Part shown: positions 1-13,961 of the stretch, in pieces | Position numbering within the stretch: the first letter of the stretch is position 1 | Layout of the letters: each line of letters opens with the position of its first letter | Assembly (NCBI GenBank): GCA_010909165.1 | Contig: MU008202.1 | Location: 248,001 to 312,000 of the forward strand | Length of the DNA stretch: 64,000 nt | Origin: Anthoceros angustus | Lineage: Eukaryota; Plantae; Anthocerotophyta | Reading direction: 5' to 3' | Translations under genes and position numbers: made by a program | The notes under the pieces: generated by a model | The model's database searches: none | What the model saw: the letters and a program-made list of their open reading frames with translations, nothing else | Told to the model about the DNA's origin: nothing

Positions 1-3000
1 ATTCCTCATCAAATTATTATATAACAAGTTTTAATAAAATCAATTATTTCAAATAAAATTCTGAATGAAAAAAAATGTAGAGATAATACGTATTTAATAA
101 TACTTATTTTATGGAGCAGATACTGAGGCATGGAATAGTTTGCTAACTACGAGATGTTACAAGGTGTATGAGATGTTACAAGTTGTATGTGGGTATATTG
201 TAGAGCGCTTTTTCAGCGGAGCCAGGGTGGGCGGTTTACGGGAAAGTTCCAGTGTTCCAGTGTTCCAGTCTCCAGTCCGGACGGGGACGCGGTTTGGGTA
301 CGTACCTGCATAGGTTGGGCGCCGGGGTGTGGGGCCACGTGAAAGAGCGTGCACAATGTATTATCTGGGGAGTTTCCCGGACGCCACGTGTCGGGGTTGC
401 GGCGGCGGGTCGCTCTGTTTCGCTTTCAAACTGTAGAAATATCGCGCCAGTCGCGTCCAGGAAAGGGCGGCGAGAGGATGCCGTGTAGCACTTTGCATTG
501 CATGCGGCATGGAGGCATCCATGCATGTATGGCATGGCAAGTTGGCATGGGGCCGGGGCGTGCCTTAATTTTTGGCGCATGATTAGGGTTTTTGCGGGGG
601 CCGTGGCCTGGCCCTGCCAGAGCAGCGCCGATGCTGTGTGCGTAAGCGTAAATGCGGGGAAGCGGGTGCAATAATACCGATAAAGAAGATGCCGGTTACC
701 TTGAAAGGAGAGGAAGTGCAGGGTGCACAACACGTCGGGGAAGCCGGAGTGGGGGAGCGGGGGGTGGACTGTGTGTGGGCTTGGCTCGCGTTTCCGCTTC
801 TCGTTGCCGGGGTCTCGGGGGATTCACGTTGGAGCACGTCCCGCCCTCGCGGCCCCCCGTTCTCACCTCGCCCGCTTAGCCTGCTCCGCTGGGAATCGGA
901 TCCCGGAAGCTGGGCGTGGCGTGGCGCTTTGACTGTGTCGTCTACTGCGCTGGAGGAACTATTTGACCGGGGCATCCAAGTGGAGTCGGCAGGCGCAGAA
1001 CATGCTGGTGGCGTCGCGGCACGTTGGCCGGGCCCGGGCCCGGGCCCGGGCCCTTGCCGCGGATCCAACTCTTCCCTCCCGCGCCAGCAGCAGCGCCAGC
1101 AGCGCCAGCAGCGCCAGGCAGGGCAACACTTGTCAGCGAGCCGCGAGGCGCGGAACGAGGAACGCAACACAACACGAGAGGCGGGCCCGGGCAGCGATGC
1201 AGTGAGCATGCATGGAGACATGGTGGGCAAGGGCTAGGGCTAGGGCTATGGCTATGGCTACCGTGCTGGCTGGCTGCCCCGCTGTTTATATCGGCTTACA
1301 TGCTACTCAACATGGAGGTGGTATTTCAGGGTTTGCTATTACTGCCGGAGAGGGATATGTAGGTAGTATCCAGCCAGCGAGCCGCTGCACGTTTGTCGGG
1401 GCGCGGGGGCCGAGGGGCCGACGCTGCACGGCAGCATGACATCGCCATGCCATTGCGCGGGGGATCCATGTATGCATGTAAAGCAGGCTGCAGGCGCTGG
1501 TGGGGGAGCGGATCGACCAGCTTGATCTGCGCATGTGACATGGATCGCGCCAACTGCCACATGACACCGCCAGCGAGTGCGAATGCGAGTGCGCTAAAAG
1601 GCCAGTCAACACCAACTAACCTGCACAGCACACTGCTCTGCTTTCTGCATCCGTGAACACATGCGTCGGGCATCCCTTCTGACAAGGATCAAGGGCTTGT
1701 AAAGCTGGCCCGGCCCCGTGGGACACCCTGGCTTGGGACTCTAGTCGCACACTCGCAGGACCATGCTTGCCTGCCTTGCACATGAAGCTGCTCGCCGTGA
1801 AAGCCTTGTTTTAGGTCGGTGCAGATGGCATGAAGCTTACCGACTTGTCAGTCCACTTCCCAGCTGCCAGGGAGAGAAAGAATCTCAGTCTGGATAAGGA
1901 GATATCCCGTCCGGAGGCCGCCTCCTGCAGGAGCTGGAAATCAGCTCATCTCCGTGTTTTATCCACCCGGTGACCCAAGAGGAATTCAATTTCGGAATGC
2001 ATGCGCTAATGCAGCATCTGAATACTGAATCTGATGAGCATCGTATTGGCAGGCAGGGTCCGGACTGAACACGAGCTCTGTTTCAGACTTCCCATCGTAT
2101 CCACCCGTGACCGGAGAGGAATGCATGCGCTAGTGCACATCCCGTGTTTCTCGCTTCTGAACCATGGATGATGACTCCGCTATGCGATCATCAGTTTTGT
2201 CAGGTTTTTCGTTTGCCTTTCTGTGCAATACAAAGTGGAGCCAGCCACTGAGAGAACACAACTGATAAATGTTGCCAGCCTCCTGGGAGATGTTGGTAAC
2301 CTCGTTAGGATTACAGCCGGAATGGAAAGAGTTCGTTGCCCATTTTCACTACCGACACTTGGCTGCCGCAAATTCTGCACTTGACAAAGAACGGGATGCA
2401 CTCAAAGTTTCTGCCTGCGACTGTCACACCGGACCGGGCCCCTTCACCCGCCGGAGCCTACGAGCTCATCGCTCAGGCGGACGTCACGGTGGGGAGCGTC
2501 ACGGGATTGTTCGTCATCAACCTGCACCGCCTGTTTGCACACCAAGGTGCAGAGTTCATGAACTTCGCAGAAGCAGATAGACGGAAGAGACGCCTCAGTG
2601 TGCAAGGGGAAGCTTGTGAATGACACGGTCTTTAGACTGCTGCTCTCTCTTGCTCTCTTCTCTGCACATCTCTGCATGGGCCAGTGACTGATCGATGGGG
2701 AAGGCCCGTTAACTTGTGCTCAAGTAAAATGTGGTGGAAGCTGCCTCCGCATCACCACCTTGTATCCTAGCATAGGTCCAACTTCCAACCCGGTATTTCT
2801 GGCGCCACAGACCCGGCATGTCGAGGACAACGAACAATCAAGCCTCAGGCTCTAGAGCAAGCGCTGGAGGTGGAGTAAAGTCATGTGCGTCGTCATCTTC
2901 TTCATGTTCATACCTCCCAGAGCGTCCCGGCAGGAACGTATTCCCTCTTTTCAGGTGATTTGGACTAGACTACAGGTGGTCGGAGGCGGAGGTGCCTTCA

Positions 3001-3782
3001 TCGGGCCGCGACCGAACTGAATGTAAGACGCTGGAAAGGAAACCACCTCGTGTCTACTCCGAGTAGTCCTGTCAAGCCGTTGAGCCACGGACATGAAACT
3101 TGCTAAAGAAGCAACACCTACAACTTTTGAAGTACGTACATTTAAGATTAGCTTGGAAGGCTTGGAAGTACGGCATGGACGCATGTGCAAGGCAAATGTA
3201 GGAAGTACATACGTGATGCGCAAGAGCTGGCAAAGCAGACATACTATAGTCTGACTCTTATTATACATCAAGTGGAAAGAAACAAAACTGCTCTGGTTAT
3301 AACAGGTCTTGAAGCCAGTGAAAGAAATCATCAGAGATCAAGGGGCCTCGTTCATCTTCTTTCAAACAAGCTGCCGACCGCCATCTCCTTTTTACAAGTT
3401 TGCCTTCTCGTCTTGTACTGCGCCGTTCCAAACACAGGCATTGGTTTCCACAATGCATTCCAAGCAAATTGCATTCCAAATGCAACTGCCAGGCAAGGCA
3501 TAGCAAGGCTCTTAAAAGCTCGAGATAACTACCGCCGTGGAAGCAGGGGCCATCGGAAGCTCGCGATCGCCCATTCCGGGCGTCGCACTGGAGGCGACTG
3601 GCCGCATTGCAAGGCCCACATCTGCTCAGAACGGTCTACCACCCAGAACCGGGTGATTCGTTCGCATGTTCAGGTTCAAATTGATTTCTTAATCTAACGA
3701 ATTGGGTCTGTGAGCACGGGGTTGATTTTCAAGTTCTATATCTTAAAGGGGGTGAAACGTCGGCCTAATTTTCGAGGAGTGA

Positions 3783-3845
3783 AGGAAGAAGAAGAAGAAG
3801 AAGAATTTTATTGAAGTCCACTAAGGACGGATTTCCATCATGGGA
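3783..3845 (-). mobile_element. 3' terminus of a putative RTE-like LINE/SINE (copy 1; related copies at 25826-25865 and 26960-27012)
   Basis: The minus strand reads CATGATGGAAATCCGTCCTTAGTGGACTTCAATAAAA followed by (TTC)n. A near-identical ~55 nt occurs at 26960-27012, and CCTTAGTGGATATAAATATC followed by (TTG)n-like repeats occurs at 25826-25865. Microsatellite tails are typical of RTE-clade non-LTR elements. Confidence 0.45.
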
Positions 3846-4446
3846 CTTGGTACTTAACAAGTTGTACATTAACAATTTTTACATGGAGTGCCTAAGCTAC
3901 TTAAGCCAAGGGCATCCACTCCCTTTAGACACCCCGTCTAAGTACCGATCTAAGCGTAGGATGCTTAATCACGAAGTTCTTATAAATGTGTGTCCATTTC
4001 GTCGAAGGGCTTCTTGAAGTCCGTTTCGCACTCCTTACTACCTACTCAGTAGTCCAGTTAAATTCCCGCCTTGTACTCCTTACCTCGTTGAACCTCGCTC
4101 TTGGCATGGTATTTCTGCTCACGTCGGGGGATACGCCGGGGAGTAAATAAACCCTCCAGTTCAGTTGAGAAACCAGTCGTCTCCAAGGGACTGGGTGTCG
4201 CTGAAAATGTCTTACCATCCTCATGATCCTCCTCAACTGTGCAAAACCCTTCGATGAACTCTTCACAGCTTTTGGTGAGAGAATCATGAATACCTCTGAA
4301 CCCGACCACCTCCTTGGTAGGCTTCGTTCGAGGCTGCGTCCTGATACCAAGCGAACTTTGCTCCAAATGATCCAAATCTCTTACGGGCAGGAGAATTTCT
4401 CACAAATTTATCCTTATCCAGTATGTTATAAGCCACGGCGTATAGC

Positions 4447-4750
4447 TTAGTGTACTTGTATACATTTGCTGCAGCCAAACATGCACCGAAAGTTGACGGA
4501 GCTCAGAACGGCTAAAATCAAATAGTAGTAGTCCAAAAGCCCCCGAATGGTATCACCGTTTAGCCATTCTGCACCATATTTTCCTGAAATCTTGTTTACT
4601 ATGAAAATCAGTAGATAACTTACATAGTTTCCTATCCCACTTGTCGATAGTGAAAGTCCCACTCCAACAGCTCGCATATCTTCAGGTGTTTCTGAATAGA
4701 GAAACTCCGTGGAGCAGACTAAGCCTAGGAAATCTTCCTGATCTTCGCGT
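4447..4750 (-). pseudogene. C-terminal fragment of an NPF (NRT1/PTR) transporter
   Basis: The translation EFLYSETPEDMRAVGVGLSLSTSGIGNYVSYLLIFIV...WLNGDTIRGLLDYYYLILAVLSSVNF matches the last TM helices of NPF proteins (EFFYDQAPxSMRS...GxGNxxSS...WxxxNLNxGxLDYFY). The typical end (NVYKYTK) lies in a shifted frame. The upstream part of the gene is absent because RPN11 occupies that position. Confidence 0.75.
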
Positions 4751-4816
4751 ATAACAATCCAGAGACAAAAGGACCATGAATGTAGAGTTTGTGCGCTGAG
4801 AACACACACCTGGAGC

Positions 4817-6220
<1,404 letters not shown>

Positions 6221-6408
6221 ATCTGTCCGCCACCAAATTGCAGCACTGACGGGCTGCAGCAACAATTTCTTGCTCGCTCCCGGATGCCCCCAAAAACGGA
6301 CTACCTTATTGAGAACGGCAATTGAGCTCTATGGCAGGGCCAGGTTTGAGGCGAGTAAGGCGGGCACCGAAGGATGGTAAGCTCTTTTTCTATTCTTTAC
6401 TTATTTAT

Positions 6409-6422
6409 TAGGGTTTAGGGTT
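6409..6422 (-). promoter_or_regulatory. Tandem telo-box (AAACCCTA) upstream of RPN11
   Basis: The minus strand reads AACCCTAAACCCTA about 190 nt upstream of the RPN11 ATG. Telo-boxes are established promoter elements of plant housekeeping genes. Confidence 0.45.
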
Positions 6423-6940
6423 CAAAGAAATGGTGTTTTGAATGTAGTAAAAGAACAATGGATTTATCTACACATTGTCAAATTGTGTTTCATATATTTT
6501 TTATTATCCCGGATATTTTTCAACCGATTATATCTCCAGAGTTTTGCAAATAGTGCATGAGGGCGTTGAGTATAAGCCAATTCTCGATACACTACACATG
6601 CAAAAATCAAGTATTGCTAGAAATAATATTTGAAGTTTCAAATACAAATGTGATACAAACTCACGGGGCAACGAATATTTAGAGTAAAAAACTTTAACAA
6701 GAAAGACGTTCCACAGTCTCTCCACATATTGGTGTTTGCAAACAAACCACACACTTAGGGCTTGTAGGCTGCACAAATGAATTCACAATTTAATTGTAAA
6801 AACTTGAATAGACATAGTTAATTAACTAAATAAGGACAGCGAGACATATACTACCACTACAGAAGACATGCAATATATGTCATGTCGACATGTAACAACA
6901 CATACAATATAGAGTAACATACAAGAAATATGTTGCAACT

Positions 6941-7094
6941 ACATCTTACGAATGGTTATCGATGAGGCTAATGAGTCCCTTTGCTTGAAACCACATCTCA
7001 CGAATGGTTATCGATGAGGCTAATGAGTCCCTTTTCCTGAAACCACATCTTACGAATGGTTGTGGATGAGGCTAATGAGTCCCTTTCCTTGAAT
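6941..7094. repeat. 52-bp tandem repeat, about 3 copies
   Basis: The unit ACATCTTACGAATGGTTATCGATGAGGCTAATGAGTCCCTTTGCTTGAAACC starts at 6941, 6993 and 7045. Confidence 0.9.
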
Positions 7095-7488
7095 GTTGTT
7101 TGCCTGTTAAAAGACCATGTTTTCAAAGTGAGTGATTCATCCTGCCCACACCACGTGTTTCAGCCAACACTGAAGTTGGTACCCTTTCTTCCATGTAAGT
7201 TAACTTAATGCTGGATGACGACAGCCACATGACTTTTGTGGAAGAGGTCATTTTCCACACAAGCTGTCCTTAGCTTGGGAAATTGTCCCTAGCTTTTTAA
7301 TGTAGCTTTAATCTTGAGCTTTTATATGTATCTTTTTTGTCAAGAGCTTTTTGTCTTTTAGTGTTAATACGGAATTCTCCACAGCACAGTGCATACTTTG
7401 GGTCTGGAGTGATCAATTAATTGGATCCTAGCCCGTTCAGAAGCCAACACATTGAAGCTAAATCTAAAGCTAAAAGCTGCATTTGTTT

Positions 7489-8165
7489 CTATCTAGAAAT
7501 GACATGTGAAAAGGAATAGCCATCACATGAGGCAACAGGAGGAAGTAGCAGGTTGTTATATAACACCCTTGTGCGGTGCATCCTGCGGGGAGGGAGATGG
7601 TTGGAAGCCAGCTCTTGCAGCTGATGCTGTTTCGTTAATTTATCGGTGACTGTGCAAGAAAGGGGATTACTGATCAATTTCTAAAGCATAAAAATTTCAT
7701 AATAATAAATAAAATAATACAACACGACAAGAATCAATAGTAGTACGACGGGGGAAAGCAGCAAGTTGTCAGAGAATACCCTATGTGGTGCATCCTACAG
7801 GGAGGGAGATGTTTGGAAACTTTAACTGCGGTTTCAGCTCCTACAGCTGTTGCTGGCTAGTTCGAGTCCCCCTGAGAAGAATGCGCATTTTCCAAAGCCG
7901 CTTAGTGCTGCAATGCAATGACTCGCTGATGCTCCATACGGGCATTCTGTTCTGGACTGATGGACACAGGAGCGCATCGTGATCGGGTGGGGAGTAGTTG
8001 GGAGGAGAAGACATGACGCACGTGAAGGACAAATTGAGTGGAGGACACTCAAACTAGACGAAAATTCCACCCATGTGTAATTGCGTTGTAGCTGCCTTGC
8101 CAATACAAGGGTGGTAAGCAAACCATGTACCTAACTAAACTTAAATACCTCACGAAGTGCCTAAT
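7489..8165 (-). repeat. Degenerate dispersed repeat, inverted paralogue of 22320-22760 (with an internal partial re-duplication)
   Basis: The minus strand of 8165-7750 aligns by eye with 22320-22700 (GTCATGTCT..CCCGATCACGA..CGTATGGAxCATCAGCGAGTCATTGCATTGCAGC). The segment 7630-7489 is a second partial copy of 22600-22750. This copy has stops and indels. Confidence 0.85.
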
Positions 8166-8291
8166 TCTAGAGTATGCCCATAAGTTCATTGGTGTACATA
8201 CATGACGTTTGTGACATGTATGAATTGCATGTAAATACCTTCCAACGAATTCAACGTCAAAGCTGTACCTGAACATATTCTTCATTGGTGG

Positions 8292-8460
8292 CTACGATCC
8301 CTGGCTTATGAAACAGCTAGATAGCTGGAAATGCGTTAAAGTGGTGTTGGCGCGCAGCATGCAGGCCACAGCTTCTCCCAATGAAGAGTCGATAGGCTCG
8401 TGGCCAGATCCAAATATGTCTAGCGAGTTGTCAGCGGACTCGTTGGCGAAGAGGCTTGGG
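8292..8460 (-). pseudogene. Possible RNI-like leucine-rich-repeat gene fragment
   Basis: LGEAVACMLRANTTLTHFQLSSCFI resembles the LxxNxTLTxLxLxxCxI repeat. It is short and isolated. Confidence 0.3.
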
Positions 8461-10316
8461 AGCAACACTCCCGGCCTCACTCTGCGTCCACACATACCGG
8501 TCAATGATCGGGCCAACAGCATGGCCGTTATCCCTGCCTGCTTTGGCTTACCCTGTCTACTAGGAGATTGCATTGAGCATGCAACCACATGCACTTTTTA
8601 ACAGGGCAACTACTTATTAACCTAATTAAACCTTTTTATCTTATTTCGCAAAGTGCCTATGCCACTAAAAATATTCCAAAGTGAGGAAGTCTTATTAAAG
8701 CACCAAATTTTTTAACTGCTATGTTTTGATAGGAAATCGCGAGAAAAAACACCATTGGATATTGGACGAAGCAACTCCCCAATTCGGATGGTTGCCTCAC
8801 TTGGAAAGCTTGGCTATTGGATGCTACCGTAGCCTAGTTCATGCTGCTGTTGTGGAAGCGGAATCCTGGCACCAGAATGCAGCACTTTAGGGTGACTCGC
8901 ATTGGAGTCTTGGATAGGTTCACCTAGGTGTCAAGTAAGCTGGTGAGACAGTCCCACTAGATGGGATTCCTATAGCGGACTCCCTAATTTTCATCCAAGT
9001 TGGTCTTCTATTGGCGAGTTCGTTTCGACGTTCTCATATGACCCTCGCTCACGAGGCACTAGAAAGTGGGTGGGAAGAAGATTTTCTCTTTGCACGTCAT
9101 GGAACCCTAATTCAGGTTCCATTCTTGTAATATGTATACAGCTAATTGCTGTAAATAATTAATCAGATATATTTTTATGTTTTTCTAATCAAGTCCTACA
9201 ACAAGACAAGGCGTAGTATGCTCGTAAGCAGGGAACGGGGCTACCTCTCTCCTACTTTCTTTCTTTGGGCAGCGGGTGTCCATCGCCCTCCAAAGAGCAC
9301 TCCCATGTCCTCCATGAAGCATGTATGTACCTACATTAGGATAGGATAAAGATGAAGATGAAGATGAAGAAGCAAGGTAGCGGCATCGAACCTTGAAAGG
9401 GGAACACTATTATTGCATATGCGATGCATGCGACAAGCTTTTTGGACCCCAAACAATGTGACGTGTGTTGTGAGTGAGCATGTCATGGAGCAGCGTGTGG
9501 AAACTTGGTGTGTCGTGGAGTGGGACACCAGGCTTGTTGCGGGCCATGTCTCCAGGTGAAGGCGGGTGTTCGGCGTGGACGATTGCGTGCGTGTTTGATC
9601 AGCTGTGGAGCAGCAACAGAGACTGGAGACGGAGGTGGATACATTCACACGCTGCCTAAATTTCTAAAACGCTGCGGTATCGTCTCCTCGTGACTCCGTC
9701 GCGACTCGCGACTCGCGACTCTCGCATCGCATCTGGAGTTAATATAAACAAGGGCGTCTCGGGGCGCGCGCCCGCTCTAGCGCGGCCCCTCGCCACAAGA
9801 CGCCGGCAAGAGCAGGCGCGGGCAGGTGTAGCCCGGGCGCACTGTGCTCCACTGCCGCGGACGCCCGCCCTCGGGCGCTCTCTCTCTCTCCCGGAGCCCG
9901 GGGCCTCGTGGGCGCCTCTTTCTAGGAGGCCGCTTCTTGCAGGCCATTTGCCCACGAGCCGGGTCCCCTATCGCTTGAGGCTTTCAGGCTCGCACGCCCC
10001 CGGTCCATCGGGCCTGGTCCGGTTCCCCGCACCGGTCTCCGGCTCCGTCCAGGCGGAGGCTCGCACGCCCGCCCGCGCTGCGTGTGAGACCTGCTGCCGC
10101 CGGGTCGTTGGAGGTGCTGGAAGTGGGCGGAAGGTGGGCTGGGAGCAGCGGCAGGGGCAGCGGCTGCAGCACCAGCATGTAGGCCCGGGAGCGGGAGGAA
10201 TTGGGACATCCGGGCGGGCCTGGGCGGCAGGGATGCCGGAGCGGCGCAATTCGGGCGGCGGGGCACCGTGATCCGTGCAGAGGCGTCCAGCCCGGCCCAG
10301 CCCACCGAGCGCGAGG

Positions 10317-11385
10317 ATGGGATCCAGCAGCAGCCGGGACGTGCACTACCCGGACGGCGGCAGAGAGCGGGAGCGGGAGCACGGCCACGGCCACCACGGC
10401 CACGGGCAGGGATGGAGGCGGGAGAGGGAAGTCGATCCCCACGCCCACGCCCACCGCCCATACTACCGCAGCAGCGAGGTGTTGCTTCTTCGTCTTGTTG
10501 CTCCTTTGCTTCTCGCTTCCCGTCTCGGCCAGCTCCCCGGCCGGGAGGAATTTGCAACGTGAGTGGGGTGGTGGGTCGCGTGCCTGCCTGCCTGTCTGCC
10601 TGCCTACCTGCGTTTCTTGGCTTGCTCACCGTCTGTGTGGGTGGGGAGTGCAGATCTGCTGCCTCTTGCATGCTCTTGTGGCGACTGTGGTGCCGGATCT
10701 GCGCCTTGTGTTTGACCGCTTCTGGTTGGGGTTGCGGATTGTGGTCGTGATTGCGAGTACCTGGGGTTCCTGCTTGCGTGAGGTTACGTCCAGATGAGGG
10801 ATGGTTGGAGCGGAGTTGCTTAGGTTTCTCCTCGCTGGTTTGGCAAGCTGGAGTTTACATGGAGATGGAGGAGTTTGTGCGAGTTTTCGGGCTTTGGAAA
10901 ATAGTGGGTTGCTACATGGGGTCGCGTACCTGATCTGACTGATACCAACTCCGTTGCTTTTTTGTTCTACTCCGTTGCATTCTGTGTTGCTGCGCTTGAT
11001 GACGGCGGGCTGATTCCGTTTTGCTGCCACCCAGAACCCGCACGGCCAGGACAGGTCACGGTCGAGTCGGACTCGAGCGGGGAGGCCCAGCAGTTATGGC
11101 GAGAGGTATCTGCCCTCGGCAACTCCGTCTGGAAGGGGGGCTGCCGGGTCTGTGAAGCCCGTTTCGGTTGATGCCGAGCTGACTGCGATTGAGGTTGGGC
11201 GAGGGCAGCAGTTGGTGCAGCTTCATACCGCGAATGATGGGAGCGGGAGCTCGGTGTCTTCGTCGGTGCTTCCTGCCGTGCCGGCTACTGGGGGAGGTAG
11301 TGTGGCGGATGCAGGGACGGCGAGCAACTGTGTTGCGAGTCAGGCCTTCGTCAGCTCGCATGATGGGAGTGGGTCTGGCTCCAGT

Positions 11386-11423
<38 letters not shown>

Positions 11424-13227
11424 CACAGACTCTGATACACCTCTGGCCGGGAGGCGTCCTTTGGTGGGCGATGACCTTGAGAGTGCAGGAAGAGGGCAAA
11501 TTGAACTAGCAGCAGCGTCAGGTGGTGCAGTGGGGTTTGAAGGATACGTCAGCGCTGCTGCCACGGGTGGTGCCCGGCAAGCTTATGACGAAGAAGGGCT
11601 GCGGGCTGCTTGTGAGACAAATTTTCATCGTCATCGCGTTAACGAAATGCAGGAGCGACTCCGAAGATATGCCGGACTGCCCCCTTCGTTGGACATACAG
11701 GAGCTGGAAAGAAGGGGTATTCTATCTGCAGAGTCCCATCTTGGAGTGCAACGACGGAGGATGGAGATCATGTCTGGTGGCCTTGATGATGTAGGCCAGA
11801 ATGTTGGAGCGTCAACTAACAGTGATGCTTTTGACTTGACGGCATGGTCTTCACCTTCCTTCAGAGCATGGGACGGGTCTTCCGGCCCGTGGCCTCAGGC
11901 TCACCAAGAGCAACCTCTGTACTCCGAAGGTTGGGAGGGGAACATCACTATTAGGCGACCTGGTAGTCAGGGTATTGAAACTAGTTCTCCGCAGGTAGGA
12001 ACCTCTGGGCAGGCAAGCCCACCTCATGTAGAGTCGGCTGGGTCGTCTCGGACGGATTCTGGTGGACGTGAATCTAGGCGGAATGGTGGGAGGAGGCTGT
12101 GGGATGCTCTAACAAGGGCTGCATCACACCGCCGCACCACAACCAGTCCGCCACCTGTTGTCATCCCTGAAGAGGTGGAAGAATTTGGGTCTTCTACAGA
12201 CAGATGGACAGCCCTCAGAGATTGGCGTTCAGGCCCCGAGGAAGAGAGATTTGGTGATGGGGGCATTGTACAGACTGGCAGAAGTCTGGATCTGGAGGAA
12301 CGGCGACGTCGCGTGAGATCACAGGTTTGTTTCATGTCCATTGTGGCAGCCACTGGGATATGCTCTGTGAGGTGTTGCATTTTGTCTAATTTTGGCTTGG
12401 CCTCACAGGTTTGGGCTCTGCAACGCCTGAGCAATGGTCTTGAGGGTGTCCCTGGTCATGGAACTCCCTGTTCTCGTGGTGGATATCATCATGGCAGTCG
12501 ATGTTCTTGTGAATCACACGCATCGAGTGATGATACTAACACGAGAGCTAGCATATCAAGGATCATCATGTTGGCAGAAGCTTTGTTTGAGGTAGTTGTT
12601 TGCTGCCTCTTCTCTGCAGTCGGTCCAGCAGTTGGCCATGTCATGTTTCCTTGAACAATGTCCATCTTGGTCGCGCAGGTTTTAGATGAGATTCATCGAC
12701 AGTCTGTGGCGTTGTCCCGATCTGCAACTGTTTCACTTGCCTCCCTTCCGGCCCCTGATACAGTGGTGGATGCCATTCCGATCCGGATACACAAAAAGCC
12801 TGAGAGCACCAAAAATATCTGTGAAGACGTTGCACAGTAAGTAATCCCATGGTCTTGCCTCTTCCCTGTGTGTGTGTTTCTGTGCTCTTGCCTCTGTACC
12901 TGTGTGTGTGTATCGTCATCGCAGTTGTAACACAAGCCACGCTCGTGTGTTTTTCATGTAGGTGCTATATCTGCCTGGTGGAATATGAGGAAGGTGATCA
13001 TGTCCGGGTTCTACCTTGCCAACATGAATATCATATGGCCTGCGTGGACAAATGGTTGAAGGAAATCCACAGGTATGTAGTTCTGTCACCTGTGTGTGGG
13101 CGTTTTGCGCAAGCCCTTACGTCGTCTGATAAATGTTGGGTCTTGGTGTAGAGTGTGTCCCTTGTGCCGGGGGAATGTGTGTGAAAGCGCTGGAAGTAAC
13201 CGCAGCTCGGCCCCATCAATCGCCTAG
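10317..13227 (+). CDS. RING-H2 E3 ubiquitin ligase with a long disordered N-terminus
   Basis: ATG at 10317 (MGSSSSR). A predicted intron at 10479-11034 joins in phase 0 to the large exon. C-terminal exons read [16 protein letters not shown] / [22 protein letters not shown] / [37 protein letters not shown] / VCPLCRG, giving a complete C3H2C3 ligand set. TAG at 13225-13227. Confidence 0.92.
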
Positions 13228-13961
13228 GCTTTGTATCCTCCCATCAGCTGTGATCTCTGCGACCTTGTACGCAAAGACAACTGGTAAATGTAGTTCTAGG
13301 AGGGAATGTGGCAAGGAGCCTGTCCTTGGAAATTTTAAATCTTATCTGTTGGATACAAAAAGGTCTCTCAAGGAGGTGAACATCGGGGATTGTGCTATAG
13401 CGGATCTGCTTCGCTGTTATATAAAAATTCAGAATAAAATCGGCATTTGATTCTGCCTTACGCGATTCGTACAACATGAGCGACTGCCACTCGTCTCCAT
13501 TTTCGGAGATTTTATTATGTACTATTCGAAGTTCCAGGAAGGTGCGAAACTCCAGGAAAGCGAGTTCCAAGAAGACTTCCTGATCAAGAGAGACCGGATG
13601 AAGGAGAACGTGGCTTGCTGGTGGAGGATGGACCGCTGACACCTACCTTCAGAGGATAATGCCAAAAGGGTCGCATACAGCATGTGGTCATATTCTCTGC
13701 ACCGGGTCTGTATGTACAGCACATTACCTGTGCACGCGCAAATAATTGGAAGGCTACAGGCTACAGGGGTTGCTACAATACATAATATTTCGCTTGTCCA
13801 CCTGGTATACCAGGCTCGAGATGCTGATCAATTGTCGACGTGCAACTCTTACATGGTTGTGGAGAGTAGTCAACGGAGTAGCGGGAATGGACTGCGTGAA
13901 AACTGCTTCTGGTGAGCAAGCGCTGCTCCAAAGCCTTGTCATGTGAAGTTGTAGCCGGGGA

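Noticed and set aside
157-1700. Overlapping ORFs and a weak fold-back at ~1265-1380
   Set aside because: The DNA is GC-rich and low in complexity. The stem is short and irregular, and no known miRNA sequence was recognised.
2269-3700. Protein-like ORFs at 2.3-2.6 kb and 2.9-3.7 kb
   Set aside because: No family could be assigned. They may be decayed fragments, but a BLASTX search would be needed.
13244-13900. ORFs between the convergent RING and SPG1 stop codons
   Set aside because: No recognisable motif was found, and the region is more simply explained as 3' UTR or intergenic DNA.
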